Below, in pieces: positions 61,172 through 64,000 of a stretch of 64,000 nt of DNA (positions within the stretch are counted from its first letter, which is position 1; every line of letters starts with the position of its first letter). Under the pieces are notes generated by a model that searched no databases, was not told the origin of the DNA, and was given only the letters and a program-made list of their open reading frames with translations. This stretch comes from Myxococcota bacterium (lineage in GTDB: Bacteria > Myxococcota_A > UBA9160 > JAFDDA01), in NCBI GenBank assembly GCA_965228475.1, contig OZ245817.1, forward strand, positions 4,864,001 to 4,928,000. Direction: 5' to 3'. The position numbers were made by a program, and so were the translations under genes.

Positions 61172-61612
61172 ATGAACGCGAAACGAGACGCCTGGTTCTA
61201 CGGATTGCTCCTGCTCGCGGCAGGGAGCCTCGGCAACGCCGTCTGGATGCTGGTCGACCCCCTGCGCTGGTACCACGACCTGCCCGCGGGCGTCCCGGAC
61301 TTCGGCGAGTTCAACCCGCACTTCGTGCGCGACATCGGCTGCGCGTTCCTGACGGTCGGGGTGGCCTTCCTGTGGGCCGCCTTCGCGCCGCGCCACCGCT
61401 ACCCGCTCGTCGCGATCGCCGCGGTCTTCCTCGTCGCGCACGCCGTCCTGCACGTCCACGACACGGCGCGCGGCATCGTCGATGCCCACCACTGGTGGCT
61501 CGACCTCCCCGGCGTCTACTTCCCGGCGGCCTTGACCGCCTGGCTCGTGTTCCGATTGAAGCGCCTCGAAGGAGAAGACCATGCGCATCCCGCCCGTCGA
61601 GAAGCCGCGTAG
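61172..61612 (+). CDS. Hypothetical membrane protein
   Basis: Four TM segments; FNPHFVRDIG. Confidence 0.7.
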   Translation: MNAKRDAWFYGLLLLAAGSLGNAVWMLVDPLRWYHDLPAGVPDFGEFNPHFVRDIGCAFLTVGVAFLWAAFAPRHRYPLVAIAAVFLVAHAVLHVHDTARGIVDAHHWWLDLPGVYFPAALTAWLVFRLKRLEGEDHAHPARREAA

Positions 61613-62141
61613 CCTGCTGGCTCGCATCGCCTACGCCGTGACCCGCCGCCAGTTCGGCAAGGTCCCGTCCGCCTTCCAGGTGGTCTACGGGAACGCGCCG
61701 AACCTGCTCTGGCCGACCTACCAGATCGGCCAGACCCTCGAGAAGCGGCTCACCCTCGCGGACGAGCTCGTGCTGCTCGTGACGACGCAGTCCTCGCTCC
61801 TGAACGGCTGCGGCTTCTGCGCGGACTTCCACAAGGCCCAGGCCATCCAGGCGAAGATGGGGATGGAGCGCTTCAACGACCTGCTCGAGTTCCGCACGAG
61901 CCCGCACTTCAGTGACGCGGAGCGCGCGGCCCTGGCCTTCACCGAGGAGGTCACGCGCGAGCGCAAGGTCGCCGATGCGACCTTCGAAGCGCTGCGCCCG
62001 CACTTCTCGAACCAGCAGATCGTCGAGCTCACCTGGCTGAACGCCATCGGGAACTTCTTCAACCTGGAAGCGGTGGCCCTCCAGCTCGAGAGCGACGGCC
62101 TCGCGGAGCTGGCGGCGCGCCGCGCAGGCGCCGCCGCCTAG
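61581..62141 (+). CDS. Carboxymuconolactone decarboxylase/AhpD family protein
   Basis: NGCGFCADFH, FSDAERAAL, IVEL. Confidence 0.85.
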   Translation: MRIPPVEKPRSLLARIAYAVTRRQFGKVPSAFQVVYGNAPNLLWPTYQIGQTLEKRLTLADELVLLVTTQSSLLNGCGFCADFHKAQAIQAKMGMERFNDLLEFRTSPHFSDAERAALAFTEEVTRERKVADATFEALRPHFSNQQIVELTWLNAIGNFFNLEAVALQLESDGLAELAARRAGAAA

Positions 62142-62180
62142 CCGGGACCTCGCGCGCGGCAGGGCGGCTAAGCTCGCCCG

Positions 62181-62852
62181 ATGCCGAGCAAGACGCGGAT
62201 GCTGCTTTCCTGGAGCAGCGGCAAGGACAGCGCCTGGGCCCTGCACCGCCTGCGGGATCACGCGGAGTACGAGCTGGTCGGCCTGGTGACGACGGTGAAC
62301 GCCGAAGCCGAACGGGTCGCCATGCATGCGGTCCGGGAGACGCTGCTCGCGCGCCAGGCGGAGGCGGTGGGGCTCCCGGTCTGGCGCGTTCCGATCCCGA
62401 GCCCGTGCAGCAACGCCGAGTACGACGCGGCCATGACGCAACTCTTGACGCGGGCCCGGGCCGAAGGCGTCGAGGCCATGGCCTTCGGCGATCTCTTCCT
62501 CGAGGACATCCGGGCGTACCGCGAGACGCAGCTCGAGGGGACGGGCATCGCGCCGGTCTTCCCCCTCTGGGGCGAGGACACCGGCGAGCTGGCCCGAGAG
62601 ATGGTGGCGGCCGGACTCCGCGCCCATCTCACCTGCGTCGACCCGAATCAGCTCGACCCGGCCTTCGCCGGGCGCGTCTACGACGGCCGGCTGCTCGAGG
62701 ATCTGCCCGAAGCGGTCGACCCCTGCGGCGAGCGGGGCGAGTTCCACACCTTCGCCTTCGCCGGGCCGATGTTCGAGCGGGAGGTCGCCGTCCGCCCGGG
62801 CGAGGTCGTCGAGCGCGACGGCTTCTTCTTCGCGGATCTCGCCCCCGCCTGA
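62181..62852 (+). CDS. PP-loop ATP-binding protein (diphthine-ammonia ligase-like)
   Basis: SWSSGKDS, FGDLFL, DPCGERGEFHT. Confidence 0.85.
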   Translation: MPSKTRMLLSWSSGKDSAWALHRLRDHAEYELVGLVTTVNAEAERVAMHAVRETLLARQAEAVGLPVWRVPIPSPCSNAEYDAAMTQLLTRARAEGVEAMAFGDLFLEDIRAYRETQLEGTGIAPVFPLWGEDTGELAREMVAAGLRAHLTCVDPNQLDPAFAGRVYDGRLLEDLPEAVDPCGERGEFHTFAFAGPMFEREVAVRPGEVVERDGFFFADLAPA

Positions 62853-63114
62853 GGGGCCTTCGGGAGCTCTCAGGGAACTCCCGGTTTTTCGCTCCGAACG
62901 GGCGTTTTCGTGCGCTCGGGGAGCGTTTTCGATCACTCGGACACGGGTTTCCGCCTTTTTGTCGAACACGCCTTGCGCGATCCGAGACCTCTGCTATATT
63001 TACCAAATCGTCATCGCAAAAACCGACCCGCTCTTCCGGCGGGTTTTTCAAGACCTCAAATTTTCGCTTTTTGTTCGCGTGCCATGGGCTGCCGGGCGTG
63101 ATTCATTCCCTGCC

Positions 63115-63303
63115 ATGAAGGTCACGATCGACTTCGATCTCTGTCAGGGCCACGGCGTATGCATGGGCGAAGCGCCCGAGGTCTTCCAAGTCAACGACGA
63201 CGGCGAGGTGACGATTCTCCAGGAGAATCCCGACGCCGGCCTCGAGAAGAAGACGCGCAACGCCGCGCGCTTCTGCCCGACGGGCGCGATCTCGGTCGAG
63301 TAG
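63115..63303 (+). CDS. Ferredoxin ([3Fe-4S] type)
   Basis: CQGHGVC...APEVF...CPTGAI. Confidence 0.9.
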   Translation: MKVTIDFDLCQGHGVCMGEAPEVFQVNDDGEVTILQENPDAGLEKKTRNAARFCPTGAISVE

Positions 63304-63347
63304 CGCGCCGACTCAGTCGCTCATTCGCTAGTCGGGTTGGGCCAGGC

Positions 63348-64000
63348 TCAGTCGCGTTCGATCGAGGCGAGGTAGTCCTCGAGCGTCTTCCCCGGCTCGT
63401 GCTCGAAGGGTTCGTCCGCCCGGACGTCGAGCCCCACCATCCGGTCCACGCGGAAGTTCCGGAAGTCGTCGCGCAGCTCGCACCAGGCCGACAGCGTCCA
63501 GTTGTATCCCCAGTAGAAGAGGCCGAGGGGCCGGACGGTTCGTTCGGAGCGTTCCTCGTCGCGCCTCGTGTAGTCGAAGCGGACGCGGTGCCGCTCGAGG
63601 ATGGCTGCGCGCAGGGCCGGGAGGTTCGCGGCGAAGGCGCGCGGCTCGCCCCGGAAGTTCGGTGCGAAGAGCGTCACGTCGGCGAGGCGGGAGCGGAGGC
63701 GTTCCGGGAGGACGGCCTCGATCTTCACGACGGCGGAGTCCGCGGCGCGCGCGAGCTCCGCGTCGGACCAGCTCTTGACGAGCCGTGCGCCCAGGACGAG
63801 CGCTTCGATTTCGGCGTGGCTGAACATCAGCGGGGGCAGGTCGAAGCTCTTCGGGAGCGCGTAGCCGACGCCCGCCTCGCCCTCGATCGGGACGCCCGAG
63901 GAGACGAGATCCCGCACGTCGCGGTAGATCGTCCGTTCGGAGACCTCGAGGGTCTCCGCCAGATGCTGGGCGGTCGTGACCCGGCGCGTCCGAAGGATCT
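63348..64000 (-). CDS. YafY-like HTH-WYL transcriptional regulator (5' end outside window)
   Basis: LEVSERTIYRDV, GEAGVGY, AWCELRDDFRNFRVDR. Confidence 0.9.
   Translation of the reverse strand, partial: ILRTRRVTTAQHLAETLEVSERTIYRDVRDLVSSGVPIEGEAGVGYALPKSFDLPPLMFSHAEIEALVLGARLVKSWSDAELARAADSAVVKIEAVLPERLRSRLADVTLFAPNFRGEPRAFAANLPALRAAILERHRVRFDYTRRDEERSERTVRPLGLFYWGYNWTLSAWCELRDDFRNFRVDRMVGLDVRADEPFEHEPGKTLEDYLASIERD

Overview
GC-rich bacterial chromosomal window; gene content (MXAN_5187-like gene, split atp operon, PEP-CTERM proteins) suggests Myxococcota/Deltaproteobacteria. It covers the origin-proximal region: bioBFD, pyrF-nagA, atpF'FHAGDC, bactofilin-parB-parA-rsmG with three parS sites, jag-yidC-yidD-rnpA-rpmH, dnaN (no dnaA or recF here), gyrBA, hemL, atpZIBE, tmk, uvrA and surA. 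The main discovery candidate is a complete ~3.6 kb IS1595-family element (56017-59623, imperfect TIRs, 8-bp target duplication). It carries a tRNA with a serine body but a leucine CAA anticodon. Upstream of that tRNA is a structured, terminator-ended RNA with two segments antisense to the tRNA. The element also carries an RHH regulator, a MerR/DUF433-PIN toxin-antitoxin pair and two small ORFs, one UUG-rich. Other notable items: a hidden AhpD-like selenoprotein (CxxU plus SECIS-like hairpin), a TGACGC array inside nagA, a repeat inserted in frame in atpG, and a sigma54/IHF/enhancer circuit. All calls were made by eye from sequence; no database searches were run.
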